DNA of 64,000 nucleotides from an uncultured Pelagibacteraceae bacterium (GCA_902569285.1 CACFTS010000002.1:9200-73199); one strand, 5' to 3'. Shown: positions 27,709-37,055, numbered from the stretch's first letter. The notes: a model not told the origin generated them from the letters alone. Translations and numbers: made by a program.

Positions 27709-27915
27709 ATGAAAAAAACAGATGTCAGCTTTAAAGATAAAATGATCTATAAATATTTACAAGATGATATTAAAAAACCTCAAGTAAAAAGTAGTAATAT
27801 AAATGTTCTATTGAATAGAATTAAATTAGATAAAAAAAATGAAAGTAGAAAAAAATTATATTTCTCAGCAGCTGCTTCTACAGGTTTAATTTTATTTGGA
27901 CTCTTCATATTTTAA
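27709..27915 (+). CDS. Small hypothetical protein with a C-terminal TM helix, paralog-like to the upstream gene
   Basis: SSNINVLLNRIKL motif, ESRKK, C-terminal LYFSAAASTGLILFGLFIF. Confidence 0.65.
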   Translation: MKKTDVSFKDKMIYKYLQDDIKKPQVKSSNINVLLNRIKLDKKNESRKKLYFSAAASTGLILFGLFIF

Positions 27916-28010
27916 TAAAATTTACTAAATTTCTTTAAAATTTTTATATTTTTTTGATTAATTGATATTGAATCAAGATATTAAACTATTATAAATCAAC
28001 ATCAGTAAAA

Positions 28011-28087
28011 GGCGGGGTAGCTCAGTTGGTTAGAGCGCGGGACTCATAAGCCCGAGGTCAGTGGTTCGATCCCACTTCCCGCTACCA
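28011..28087 (+). tRNA. tRNA-Met(CAT), elongator type
   Basis: GGCGGGGTAGCTCAGTTGGTTAGAGC..anticodon loop CTCATAA..GGTTCGATCC..TCCCGCTACCA; 77 nt with encoded CCA. G1-U72, G2-C71, C3-G70 pairing argues against initiator. Confidence 0.93.
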
Positions 28088-28122
28088 TTATTTGATGTTA
28101 AATCTTCGATCTTGAGAATTAA

Positions 28123-29157
28123 TTATTTTATAAAAGTATCATTAAATTGATTTGATACTCTTACAAATGTAGTACATTTACTTAATTGTTTAAGAGAAGG
28201 TGCGCCAACATATGTACAACTACTTCTGATTCCTCCAAGAATATTTGAAATAGTATCTTTTACTTTTCCTCTGTACTTAACTCTGACAACTCTACCTTCA
28301 CTACTTCTATAATCGGATAAACCGCCATAGTGTTTTTTGTTAGCTGTGAGAGAACTTGATCCATAAAATTCTATATATTTACTTCCATTACTTTTTACAA
28401 TTTTACCTTTACCTTCATCATGACCTGCGAGCATTCCTCCAAGCATTACAAAATCTGCACCACCACCAAAACCTTTTGCAACATCACCTGGACAAGTACA
28501 ACCACCATCGGCAATAATGTGTGCCCCTAAACCATGCGCTGCATCAGCACATTCCATAACAGCGCTTAACTGTGGATAGCCAACTCCAGTTTGAATTCTT
28601 GTTGTGCAAACGCTTCCAGGACCGATACCAACTTTTACTATATCGGCACCACTTAACACTAGTTCTTGGGTCATATCAGCCGTAACAACATTTCCAGCTA
28701 TTATGGTTTTTGTTGGATATTTATCTCTAACTGATTTTATAAATTTACTGAATCGTTCTGAATATCCATTGGCAACATCTATACAAATAAATTTGATAAA
28801 ATTAAATTCTTTCAATAATTTATCAAGTCTATCGAAGTCTTCTTTTTTAATACCAATACTTAAAGCAATATTTTTGTAAATTGATTTAATTTTTTTGTAT
28901 TGATTTAACTTCTTAATATCATGTTGTTTAGTTAGACAGGTAATCATATCAAATTCAGACATTTTTTCTGCAACACCTAATTCACCTACACCATCCATGT
29001 TTGCAGCCATGATTGGAATTCCTGACCATTCATTGTTGCTATATTTGAATTTATAAGTTCTTTTTAAATTTACATCTTTACGACTTGATAAAGTGCTTCT
29101 TTTAGGTCTAAATAGTACATCTGAATAATCAAGTTTTACCTCTTCTTCAATTCTCAT
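28123..29157 (-). CDS. guaC: GMP reductase
   Basis: MRIEEEVKLDYSDVLFRPKRSTL, AANMD, CIDVANGYSE, KVGIGPGSVCTTR, YRSSEG. Confidence 0.97.
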   Translation of the reverse strand: MRIEEEVKLDYSDVLFRPKRSTLSSRKDVNLKRTYKFKYSNNEWSGIPIMAANMDGVGELGVAEKMSEFDMITCLTKQHDIKKLNQYKKIKSIYKNIALSIGIKKEDFDRLDKLLKEFNFIKFICIDVANGYSERFSKFIKSVRDKYPTKTIIAGNVVTADMTQELVLSGADIVKVGIGPGSVCTTRIQTGVGYPQLSAVMECADAAHGLGAHIIADGGCTCPGDVAKGFGGGADFVMLGGMLAGHDEGKGKIVKSNGSKYIEFYGSSSLTANKKHYGGLSDYRSSEGRVVRVKYRGKVKDTISNILGGIRSSCTYVGAPSLKQLSKCTTFVRVSNQFNDTFIK

Positions 29158-29208
29158 TTAAATTGTAAGTTATTATTATAAAAATTAATTTCAAATTAAT
29201 AAATAGCC

Positions 29209-29217
29209 TGTGGATAA
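29209..29217 (-). promoter_or_regulatory. Perfect DnaA box (TTATCCACA) in the guaC / GT2 intergenic region
   Basis: The plus strand reads TGTGGATAA, about 50 nt upstream of the guaC start; single copy only. Confidence 0.4.
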
Positions 29218-29337
29218 GTTTTTAGTCAGCTATTTTCGTATAATTTTATATTAAATAATCTTTTTCATAAGTACTTTTTTGTTAAAGATTTCTAAATTAT
29301 TGAAGAAACAATAATAACAGATTAAACTAAAATAAAT

Positions 29338-30180
29338 ATGATATATCAAGATATAACAGTAATAATAGCTTCTTTTTATAGTCGAGACAAAATATTTGAT
29401 TGCATAAATTCTATAAGCAAGGATGTAAAAATAATAGTCGTTGAAAACTCAAACGATGAAAATTTAAAAAATGAAATTTATTCAAAGTATAAAAATGTCG
29501 AGTGTATACTTTCAAAAGAGAATTTAGGATATGGTAGTGCTAATAATCTAGCTTTATCAAAAACAAATACAAATTATGCCTTAATAATTAATCCTGATGT
29601 AGTTTTAAGTGATAACGCATTAAAAAATTTTTTTTTGACTGTTAAAAAGAACCCAAATTTTGGAATTTTAGCTCCTATTTCAAAAGATGAAAAATATCAA
29701 AATTTTAACATTGATATTGATAAAAATCTTAAAGAAGTTGAAACCGTAAAAGGTTTTGCAATGTTTCTTAATATAAAAAATTTTAAAGAAATAGGATTTT
29801 TTGATAGTAATTTTTTTCTTTATTTTGAAGAAATAGATTTATGCAAAAGATTACAATTAAATAATATCAAAATATATATAGACCCATCTATTAAAGTGCA
29901 TCACTTAGGAGGAGCCTCTCATGATTTAAAATTTAATAAATCAATGGAACTATCTAGAAATTGGCATTGGATGTGGTCAACATTTTATTTTCATAAAAAG
30001 CATTATGGATATATGTCAGCACTTAGTAAGATATTACCTAAATTTTTTTCATCTCTTTTTAAATTTATATTTAATTTTATTCTATTAAATAAATCTAAAA
30101 GCGATATCTATAGATTTAGACTTTTGGGTATTATAAATTCGATTTTATTAAAAAAATCATCTTATAGACCTAAAATTTAA
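29338..30180 (+). CDS. Glycosyltransferase family 2 (WbbL/rhamnosyltransferase-like)
   Basis: IIVVENS, ENLGYGSANN, IINPDV, GFFDSNFFLYFEEIDLC, HHLGGAS. Confidence 0.9.
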   Translation: MIYQDITVIIASFYSRDKIFDCINSISKDVKIIVVENSNDENLKNEIYSKYKNVECILSKENLGYGSANNLALSKTNTNYALIINPDVVLSDNALKNFFLTVKKNPNFGILAPISKDEKYQNFNIDIDKNLKEVETVKGFAMFLNIKNFKEIGFFDSNFFLYFEEIDLCKRLQLNNIKIYIDPSIKVHHLGGASHDLKFNKSMELSRNWHWMWSTFYFHKKHYGYMSALSKILPKFFSSLFKFIFNFILLNKSKSDIYRFRLLGIINSILLKKSSYRPKI

Positions 30181-30222
30181 TTATTCTTGATTTTTTATAG
30201 ATTAAAAGATACTGAAATTTCG

Positions 30223-31239
30223 ATGGAAAAGAAAAGATATAAAATTTTGATTACCGGTGTAGCTGGTTTTTTAGGCTCTCATTTGTCAGAAAAATTAATA
30301 GAACTTGGTCATACTGTTATAGGTATAGACAATATGGTTGGTGGATATAAGGACAACATTCCAAGCAATGTAGAGTTCCACAATGTTGATTGTTGTGATT
30401 TTTCAAAAATAAAACAATTAATGAAAAATATTGATATAGTTTATCACTGTGCAGCGACTGCTCACGAAGGGTTGTCGGTTTTTTCACCACATGAAATTAC
30501 AAAAAATAATTATTTAGCTTCAGTATCGATTTTTTCTGCAGCAATAAATGAAAAAGTAAAAAGAATAATTTTTTGTTCTTCAATGGCTAGGTATGGTGAT
30601 CAACAGACACCATTTACAGAAGAAATGAAACCTAAACCCGTAGACCCTTATGGTGTTTCCAAAGTTGCTAGTGAACAAGTTTTACAAATTTTATGTGATT
30701 TAAATAATATTGAATGGGTAGTTGCTGTTCCACATAATATTATTGGTCCGAAGCAAATTTATAATGATCCTTATAGAAATGTAGTTTCAATATTTTTGAA
30801 TAGAATGTTACAGGGAAAATCTCCTATAGTTTATGGAGATGGAAAACAAAAACGATGTTTTTCTTATATTGATGATTGTTTGAGTTGCATGATTCCAATG
30901 CTCGATCAAAAAAATTTGAATAAACAAATAATTAATATAGGACCTGATGAGGAATTTGTTACTGTAAATAAAGTTGTAGAAATTTGTTCAAATATTACTG
31001 GATCAAATCTAGAAGCAATTCATAAAGAAGATAGACCAAGAGAAGTGAAGCATGCTACCTGTTCTGCTGATAAGGCAAGAAAGCTATTAAATTATAAGAC
31101 AAAGGTTAGTTTGACCGATGGAATAAAAAAAACTTATGATTATATTAAAAAAAGAGGAACGAAAGAGTTTAATTATCGTTTGTCAATTGAAATTGAAAAT
31201 GATTTAACTCCTGAGACTTGGAAAAATAAAGAGATCTAA
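30223..31239 (+). CDS. NAD-dependent nucleotide-sugar epimerase/dehydratase (the track TTG start at 30187 is also possible)
   Basis: LITGVAGFLGSH, YHCAA, SSMARYG, YGVSK (YxxxK), GDGKQKRCFSYIDD. Confidence 0.9.
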   Translation: MEKKRYKILITGVAGFLGSHLSEKLIELGHTVIGIDNMVGGYKDNIPSNVEFHNVDCCDFSKIKQLMKNIDIVYHCAATAHEGLSVFSPHEITKNNYLASVSIFSAAINEKVKRIIFCSSMARYGDQQTPFTEEMKPKPVDPYGVSKVASEQVLQILCDLNNIEWVVAVPHNIIGPKQIYNDPYRNVVSIFLNRMLQGKSPIVYGDGKQKRCFSYIDDCLSCMIPMLDQKNLNKQIINIGPDEEFVTVNKVVEICSNITGSNLEAIHKEDRPREVKHATCSADKARKLLNYKTKVSLTDGIKKTYDYIKKRGTKEFNYRLSIEIENDLTPETWKNKEI

Positions 31240-31247
31240 TTTTTTGA

Positions 31248-31925
31248 TTAAAACATTTTTTTAAACTTTTCTAAGCTTATCACTCTTAGATATTCTTTGT
31301 AATTATTATAGTAGTCTTCAAATTTTAATTTATTAATTGATTTTTCAATTTTTAAAATCGATGAATTTTTATTTTTCTTTATAATTCCTATACCTTGATC
31401 TATTGAACAAGTAAAAATTTCTAAATCTTCTTTTTGTCTTAAATCAACAATTGCTTTCCATACATCTCCATTCCAAATCATTCTATATCTGGGAACAGCT
31501 TGTTTGCTCATGTTATCTGGCATACAATCATGAACTAAAATTATTCCATTTTCTTTTAAACAATCAACAGAGTTAAGAATATCTCTTTTTACTTGATCGT
31601 AAATATGAAGCCCATCTATGAAAACAATATCGAATTTGTCTTTATTATCCTTAAAGAAATCATCACTAGTTTTTCTAACATTTCCTCCATTTGAAGGATC
31701 AACTCCTGTTTTATTTTTTATTTTTACTTTTGAAAATAGTTGATCTTGATCACAACCAATTTCTAAATAATCAGAATAATTATTTTTTTTAATCAAATAT
31801 TCAATTAAATCCCAACGATAATAATTTAATGGAAAATTATAATTTAATTTTTCTTTAAAATTTTCAATAAAAACTTGATAATAAATTTTTTTAAAAATTT
31901 TGGTAAATTTATTTAATTTTTCCAT
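31248..31925 (-). CDS. Class I SAM-dependent methyltransferase (Methyltransf_24-like)
   Basis: YLEIGC, GVDP, FDIVFIDGLHIYDQV, GIILVHD, WNGDVWK. Confidence 0.85.
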   Translation of the reverse strand: MEKLNKFTKIFKKIYYQVFIENFKEKLNYNFPLNYYRWDLIEYLIKKNNYSDYLEIGCDQDQLFSKVKIKNKTGVDPSNGGNVRKTSDDFFKDNKDKFDIVFIDGLHIYDQVKRDILNSVDCLKENGIILVHDCMPDNMSKQAVPRYRMIWNGDVWKAIVDLRQKEDLEIFTCSIDQGIGIIKKNKNSSILKIEKSINKLKFEDYYNNYKEYLRVISLEKFKKMF

Positions 31926-31936
31926 TATTTAAAATT

Positions 31937-32464
31937 TTAGTGGCCAGGGAATTCAATTAAGTTTTCTATTTTATAACCTTTTTTAATTAATTTATCAGAT
32001 CCATTTAGGTCAAACAAGTTTATCACAAATATAAAAGCAGCAACTTTCCCTTTAGAAATTTCTATAAGTTTTGCTGCAGCCTCTGCAGTTCCACCTGTTG
32101 CTATTAAGTCATCAATTATTAAAACTGAGTTGTTTTCATCAATTGAATCTTTGTGAACCTCTATAGTTGCAGTTCCATATTCTAATTCAAAGTCAACTGA
32201 ATGAACGTCTGCTGGCAACTTATTTTTTTTTCTAAGCATTATAAAAGGTTTTTTAAGAATATAAGAAACAGCTGAAGCAAAAACAAAACCTCTAGACTCT
32301 ATAGCTGCTATTTTATCAAATTTTATTTTTTTTGATCTTTCAACTATTTGGTCAATAGTGTGTGTAAAAGCTTTTTCATTTTTTATAAGGGTTGTAATGT
32401 CTCTAAATAATATACCTTTTTTTGGATAATCTGGAATAGATCTAATAAATTCTTTTAAATTCAT
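31937..32464 (-). CDS. apt: Adenine phosphoribosyltransferase
   Basis: IPDYPKKGILFRDITT, IESRGF, RKKNKLP, LEYG, IIDDLIATGGT. Confidence 0.97.
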   Translation of the reverse strand: MNLKEFIRSIPDYPKKGILFRDITTLIKNEKAFTHTIDQIVERSKKIKFDKIAAIESRGFVFASAVSYILKKPFIMLRKKNKLPADVHSVDFELEYGTATIEVHKDSIDENNSVLIIDDLIATGGTAEAAAKLIEISKGKVAAFIFVINLFDLNGSDKLIKKGYKIENLIEFPGH

Positions 32465-32505
32465 AATAGTTATTTATAAAACTATAAATAAATTAATTTT
32501 TAAAC

Positions 32506-33378
32506 ATGACAATAAATAAATTAGCAATCATAGGTGGTAGTGGCCTTTATGATGTTGAAGAGTTCAAAAATAGAGAATTATTAGACTTAAATACTCCTTG
32601 GGGAAAACCATCAGATCAAATTTTAAAAACTAATTATAAAAATAAAGAAGTTTATTTTTTACCAAGACATGGAAGAGGTCATTTTATTTCACCATCAAAT
32701 ATTAATTTTAGAGCAAATATTGATGCACTCAAACAATCAGGTGTTACAGACATAGTATCTGTTTCTGCAGTTGGTTCTTTAAAAGAAGATCTTCCACCAG
32801 GTAAATTTGTTATAGTTGATCAATTTATTGACAGAACATTTGCAAGACATAAAACTTTTTTTGATGATGAAATTGTTGCACATGTTTCTATGGCACATCC
32901 AACTTCTAATGGATTAATGAATGCTTGCGAAGAAGCAATTAAAAAAGAAAAAATTGAATTTCAAAGAAATGGTACATACGTTGTTATGGAAGGTCCTCAA
33001 TTTTCAACGCTTGCAGAATCGAATTTATATCGTTCTTGGAAAGCAGATGTAATTGGAATGACCAATATGCCTGAAGCAAAATTAGCTCGTGAAGCAGAGA
33101 TAAGATACGCATCTGTTTCAATGGTAACTGATTATGATTGTTGGCACCCTGATCATGAAAACGTTGACGTTCAACAAGTGATTAAAGTTCTTTTAGGAAA
33201 TGCTGTAAAAGCAAAAAATATGATTAAAAATTTAATAGAAAATTTTGAAGATTATATTGATCCTAAAGATCCAACCAATAATTGTTTAGATGTAGCAATT
33301 ATAACTGCTCCTGAAAAAAGAACTAAAAAAACTATTGATAAACTTAAAACAGTAGCAGGTAGAGTTTTAAATAAATGA
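32506..33378 (+). CDS. mtnP: S-methyl-5'-thioadenosine phosphorylase
   Basis: IIGGSGLY, TPWGKPSD, FLPRHGRGH, MEGPQFSTLAES, GMTNMPEAKLARE, VTDYDCWH. Confidence 0.95.
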   Translation: MTINKLAIIGGSGLYDVEEFKNRELLDLNTPWGKPSDQILKTNYKNKEVYFLPRHGRGHFISPSNINFRANIDALKQSGVTDIVSVSAVGSLKEDLPPGKFVIVDQFIDRTFARHKTFFDDEIVAHVSMAHPTSNGLMNACEEAIKKEKIEFQRNGTYVVMEGPQFSTLAESNLYRSWKADVIGMTNMPEAKLAREAEIRYASVSMVTDYDCWHPDHENVDVQQVIKVLLGNAVKAKNMIKNLIENFEDYIDPKDPTNNCLDVAIITAPEKRTKKTIDKLKTVAGRVLNK

Positions 33379-34445
33379 AAATAGAAGGAAAAGAATATCG
33401 TACTATTTGGTTTGAAAAAAATTTAGTAAAAATAATAGACCAAACAAAACTTCCACATAAATTTATTATAAAAGACTTAAAAAATATTAAAGATGCAATC
33501 AATGCAATTAAAGCAATGGAAGTAAGAGGGGCACCTTTAATAGGAGCAACAGCAGCTTATGGATTGGTACTTTCAATTATTGAAAATAAAGATCAATCGT
33601 TTTTAAAAAAATCAGCAGAGGATTTGGTTAAATCAAGACCTACAGCCATTAATTTAAAATGGGCTGTTGATAGAATGATGAATAAATTATCTGGTGTAAA
33701 TAGTGATAAAATTTTAGAAATAGCATTAAATGAAGCAAAAGAAATTTGTGAAGAAGATGTTAAGTTTTGTAAAAATATTGGATTAAATGGTCTTAAAATA
33801 ATTGAAGAAATTTACAACAAAAAGAAAGATACAGTTAATATTTTAACTCATTGTAATGCTGGATGGTTAGCAACAATTGATTGGGGAACTGCTACATCGC
33901 CAATTTATCAAGCACACAAAAAAGAAATACCTGTTCATGTATGGGCTGATGAAACTAGGCCAAGAAACCAAGGCGCTAATTTGACTTCTTATGAATTAAA
34001 TGAAGAAGGAATAAAAAATACAATCATTGCAGATAACACTGGTGGTATTTTAATGCAAAGAGGTGAAGTTGATATATGTATAGTTGGTACTGATAGAACT
34101 TTAGCTAATGGAGATGTTTGCAATAAAATTGGAACTTACCTTAAAGCTCTTGCAGCAAAAGATAATAATGTTCCTTTTTATGTTGCATTGCCAAGTTCGA
34201 CTATAGATTGGAACATTAATAATCATAAAGATATTCCAATTGAAGAAAGAAGTTCTGAAGAATTATCTCACATAGAAGGTTTAGATGAAAAAGGCCATGT
34301 TAAAAAAGTACAAATATATCCAAAAAAAAGTAAAGCAATGAATTTAGCTTTTGATGTAACGCCTGCTAAATATGTTACAGGATTAATTACAGAAAAAGGT
34401 ATCTGTGAAGCTTCAACAGAGGGTTTAAAAAAATTATTTAAATGA
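33375..34445 (+). CDS. mtnA: Methylthioribose-1-phosphate isomerase
   Basis: IDQTKLP, MEVRGAPLIG, SRPTAINL, LTHCNAGWLAT, DETRPRNQG, NKIGTY, AFDVTP. Confidence 0.95.
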   Translation: MKIEGKEYRTIWFEKNLVKIIDQTKLPHKFIIKDLKNIKDAINAIKAMEVRGAPLIGATAAYGLVLSIIENKDQSFLKKSAEDLVKSRPTAINLKWAVDRMMNKLSGVNSDKILEIALNEAKEICEEDVKFCKNIGLNGLKIIEEIYNKKKDTVNILTHCNAGWLATIDWGTATSPIYQAHKKEIPVHVWADETRPRNQGANLTSYELNEEGIKNTIIADNTGGILMQRGEVDICIVGTDRTLANGDVCNKIGTYLKALAAKDNNVPFYVALPSSTIDWNINNHKDIPIEERSSEELSHIEGLDEKGHVKKVQIYPKKSKAMNLAFDVTPAKYVTGLITEKGICEASTEGLKKLFK

Positions 34446-35107
34446 AAAATCTAAAAGAAAGAGAAGAAGTAATTGAATATTCAATAAAATTAAATACCAC
34501 TAACTTATCACCTTTAAGATCTGGAAATATTTCAGTTCGAGGTGTTGAAGATGGTATTGAGGGATTTTTTATTACTCCATCAGGAAAGAAATATGAGTCG
34601 TTAAAGCCTGAAGATATTGTTTTTTTATCTTTGACTGAAGAAAAAGACTTTTTATCATGGTTTAATTCTGGAAAAAAACCTTCATCTGAATGGAAATTTC
34701 ATCAAGATATTTACAAGAATAAATGGGAGGCAAAAGCTATTGTCCATGCCCATTCTCCTCATGCTTCAGCTGTTTCGACTCATGGTAAATCGATTCCTCC
34801 ATTTCATTACATGATTGCTCTTGCAGGTGGTGAAGATATTAGATGTTCTGAATATGCAACTTTTGGTACTCATGAACTTTCTGTAAATATTATTAAAGCA
34901 TTAAAAGATAGAAAAGCATGTTTAATGTCAAACCACGGTCAGGTTGCATTTGGAGAAAATTTATCAAAAGCTTTTGAGCTTGCACAAGAAGTAGAAAATA
35001 TTTGCCAACAATATATTATTGCTTTAAAGATGGGAGAACCCAAGATTCTTTCTTTTGCAGAAATGATAAAAATTTTGGAAAAAGTTAAAAATTATAAAAG
35101 TGGGTAG
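34442..35107 (+). CDS. Class II aldolase (FucA-like; Ald2 of the DHAP shunt)
   Basis: SGNISVR, ITPSG, PSSEWKFH, VHAHSPH, PFHYMIALAGG, LMSNHG; directly follows mtnP-mtnA. Confidence 0.85.
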   Translation: MKNLKEREEVIEYSIKLNTTNLSPLRSGNISVRGVEDGIEGFFITPSGKKYESLKPEDIVFLSLTEEKDFLSWFNSGKKPSSEWKFHQDIYKNKWEAKAIVHAHSPHASAVSTHGKSIPPFHYMIALAGGEDIRCSEYATFGTHELSVNIIKALKDRKACLMSNHGQVAFGENLSKAFELAQEVENICQQYIIALKMGEPKILSFAEMIKILEKVKNYKSG

Positions 35108-35112
35108 TTATA

Positions 35113-36153
35113 ATGACTAAAGTTGGGGAGCATATAACTCTAGATATTATTGGAACAACTAAAGAATATGATCCATCTTTATATGAAAAAGTAATTCACG
35201 ATATTGCTAAAGCAGCTAAAGTTACAATCTTAAATATTTCTAAGTATAAATTTGAACCACAAGGCTTTACTATTCTAGCTTTATTAGCAGAGAGTCATAT
35301 GAGCTTTCATACATTTCCAGAAAAAAATATTATTAGTTTTGATTTTTTCACCTGTGGTAAAATTAGCCCATCTATTGCAATTGATATAATAAAAAAAGAA
35401 TTTAAATATAAACGAATTGTTAAAAAAGAATTTAATCGAGATACTAAGTCTTTATATCATGATATTTATAGCTCACCTGGATTACAAAAATCTTACGTAG
35501 TAAATGATGTTTTAGAAGATTTTAAGTCTAAAGTGGGTCAACATATTGAAATTTTAGAATTAGAACAATTTGGTAAATCTTTATTTATAGATGGTGAAAT
35601 ACAAGTAGCAGCATCGGATGAACATTTGTATAGCTCAACTTTTGTAGGAGCAGGCTTAAATTTAAATAGAAATAATGAAAGAGCAGCAATTATCGGAGGT
35701 GGAGACGGTGGCGTTGCTAGAGAATGTATTTCAAAAAAATTTAATTTTATTGATTGGTATGAGCTTGACCCTGAAGTAGTTGAAGTTTGTAACAAACATT
35801 TAGGGAATATTGGAAAAAAAGCTACCGAAAAAAATTCAGTTAAATGTGTTTGGGGAGACGCATTTGAAAGTATTAAAACAGTTAAAGAAGATACTTATGA
35901 TCATATATTTGTTGATTTAAATGATGATCAATTTTGTATTGATCTAGCAGCAAAAAATATGGACTCTTTAGTTAGAATTTTAAAACCAAAAGGAGTAATA
36001 ACTGCACAAGTAGGTAGTCAAGATAAAAAACCCCAACAAGTTGAAAATTGGTTGAATGCTTTCCATCATTATTTTGGAAATACTAAATTATCCAGGGTTT
36101 ATGTGCCTAGTTTTGACTGTTCTTGGAATTTCTCTTCGTCAATAAATCACTAA
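35113..36153 (+). CDS. speE: Fused SAM decarboxylase (SpeD) and spermidine synthase-like aminopropyltransferase (SpeE)
   Basis: N-terminal FEPQG..LLAESHMSFHTFPE..DFFTCG (pyruvoyl E-S cleavage site); C-terminal FGKSLFIDGEIQ, IIGGGDGG, ELDPEVV, LKPKG. Confidence 0.9.
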   Translation: MTKVGEHITLDIIGTTKEYDPSLYEKVIHDIAKAAKVTILNISKYKFEPQGFTILALLAESHMSFHTFPEKNIISFDFFTCGKISPSIAIDIIKKEFKYKRIVKKEFNRDTKSLYHDIYSSPGLQKSYVVNDVLEDFKSKVGQHIEILELEQFGKSLFIDGEIQVAASDEHLYSSTFVGAGLNLNRNNERAAIIGGGDGGVARECISKKFNFIDWYELDPEVVEVCNKHLGNIGKKATEKNSVKCVWGDAFESIKTVKEDTYDHIFVDLNDDQFCIDLAAKNMDSLVRILKPKGVITAQVGSQDKKPQQVENWLNAFHHYFGNTKLSRVYVPSFDCSWNFSSSINH

Positions 36154-36214
36154 TTTTTTCTTTTTTATACCTTTAAACTGTGAAATAATAATTTTTTTAT
36201 TAAAGGAGATATCA

Positions 36215-37042
36215 ATGAATATATTCAAAAAAACTATTTTTTCAGTTTTACTTTCTTTGTTGGTAATGGGAAATGTTTATGCTGATAAAATAAGAATAGG
36301 AACTGAAGGCGCTTATCCTCCATGGAATTCAAAAGATGAGTCTGGAAAATTAATTGGATTTGAAGTTGAATTAGCTTGGACACTTTGTAGATATATTGGT
36401 AAACAATGTACAATAGTTGAGCAAGACTGGGATGGTATGATACCAGCATTAATCATGAGAAAGTTTGATGCAATAATGGCAGGAATGTCAATTACTGCAG
36501 AAAGACAAAAAGCAATTAGCTTTTCACAAGGTTATGCAGATGAGGTTGCATCTTTAGCTGTTATGAAAGGATCTAGTCTTGAGGGTTTGGATACACCTGC
36601 AGGAATTAATTTAACTAAACCTGATGCTGCAGCTAAAAAAGCTTTAAAAACTCTTACAGCTGCTTTAGCAGGAAAAACAGTTTGTGTACAAACGGCTACT
36701 ATTCACCAAAACTTTTTAGATTCAGGTGATGTAGGAAAAGTAAATGTAAGAACTTACAAAACACAAGATGAAGTTAACTTAGATTTAGCATCAGGAAGAT
36801 GTGATGCTGCATTAGCTGCTGCGGTAGCATTTAGTGATTATGCAGAAAAATCTGGTAAGCCTGTTGTTTTAACTGGACCAACTTTTTCAGGTGGAGCATT
36901 TGGTAATGGTGTTGGAGTTGGTATTAGAAAAGATGATACTGAACTTTTAAAAGCATTTAACAATGCAATCGATAAAGCGAGAAAAAACGGAGACATTAGT
37001 AGAATTGCTACTAAGTGGTTCGGTTTTGACGCTTCTATGTAA
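36215..37042 (+). CDS. Polar amino acid (Arg/octopine-type) ABC transporter substrate-binding protein
   Basis: Signal peptide; IGTEGAYPPWN, GFEVEL, QDWDGMIPAL, FDAIMAGMSITAER, GVGIRK. Confidence 0.92.
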   Translation: MNIFKKTIFSVLLSLLVMGNVYADKIRIGTEGAYPPWNSKDESGKLIGFEVELAWTLCRYIGKQCTIVEQDWDGMIPALIMRKFDAIMAGMSITAERQKAISFSQGYADEVASLAVMKGSSLEGLDTPAGINLTKPDAAAKKALKTLTAALAGKTVCVQTATIHQNFLDSGDVGKVNVRTYKTQDEVNLDLASGRCDAALAAAVAFSDYAEKSGKPVVLTGPTFSGGAFGNGVGVGIRKDDTELLKAFNNAIDKARKNGDISRIATKWFGFDASM

Positions 37043-37055
37043 TTAAATTTTAGAT

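Noticed and set aside
26346-28087. Integrated element or prophage at tRNA-Met
   Set aside because: No integrase, and I saw no duplicated tRNA 3' end (att site) in the window.
28011-28087. Initiator tRNA-fMet
   Set aside because: Position 1 pairs with 72 (G-U) instead of the C1-A72 mismatch, and the three G-C pairs do not close the anticodon loop.
29160-29337. Replication origin
   Set aside because: Only one DnaA box is present, with no typical oriC-flanking genes.
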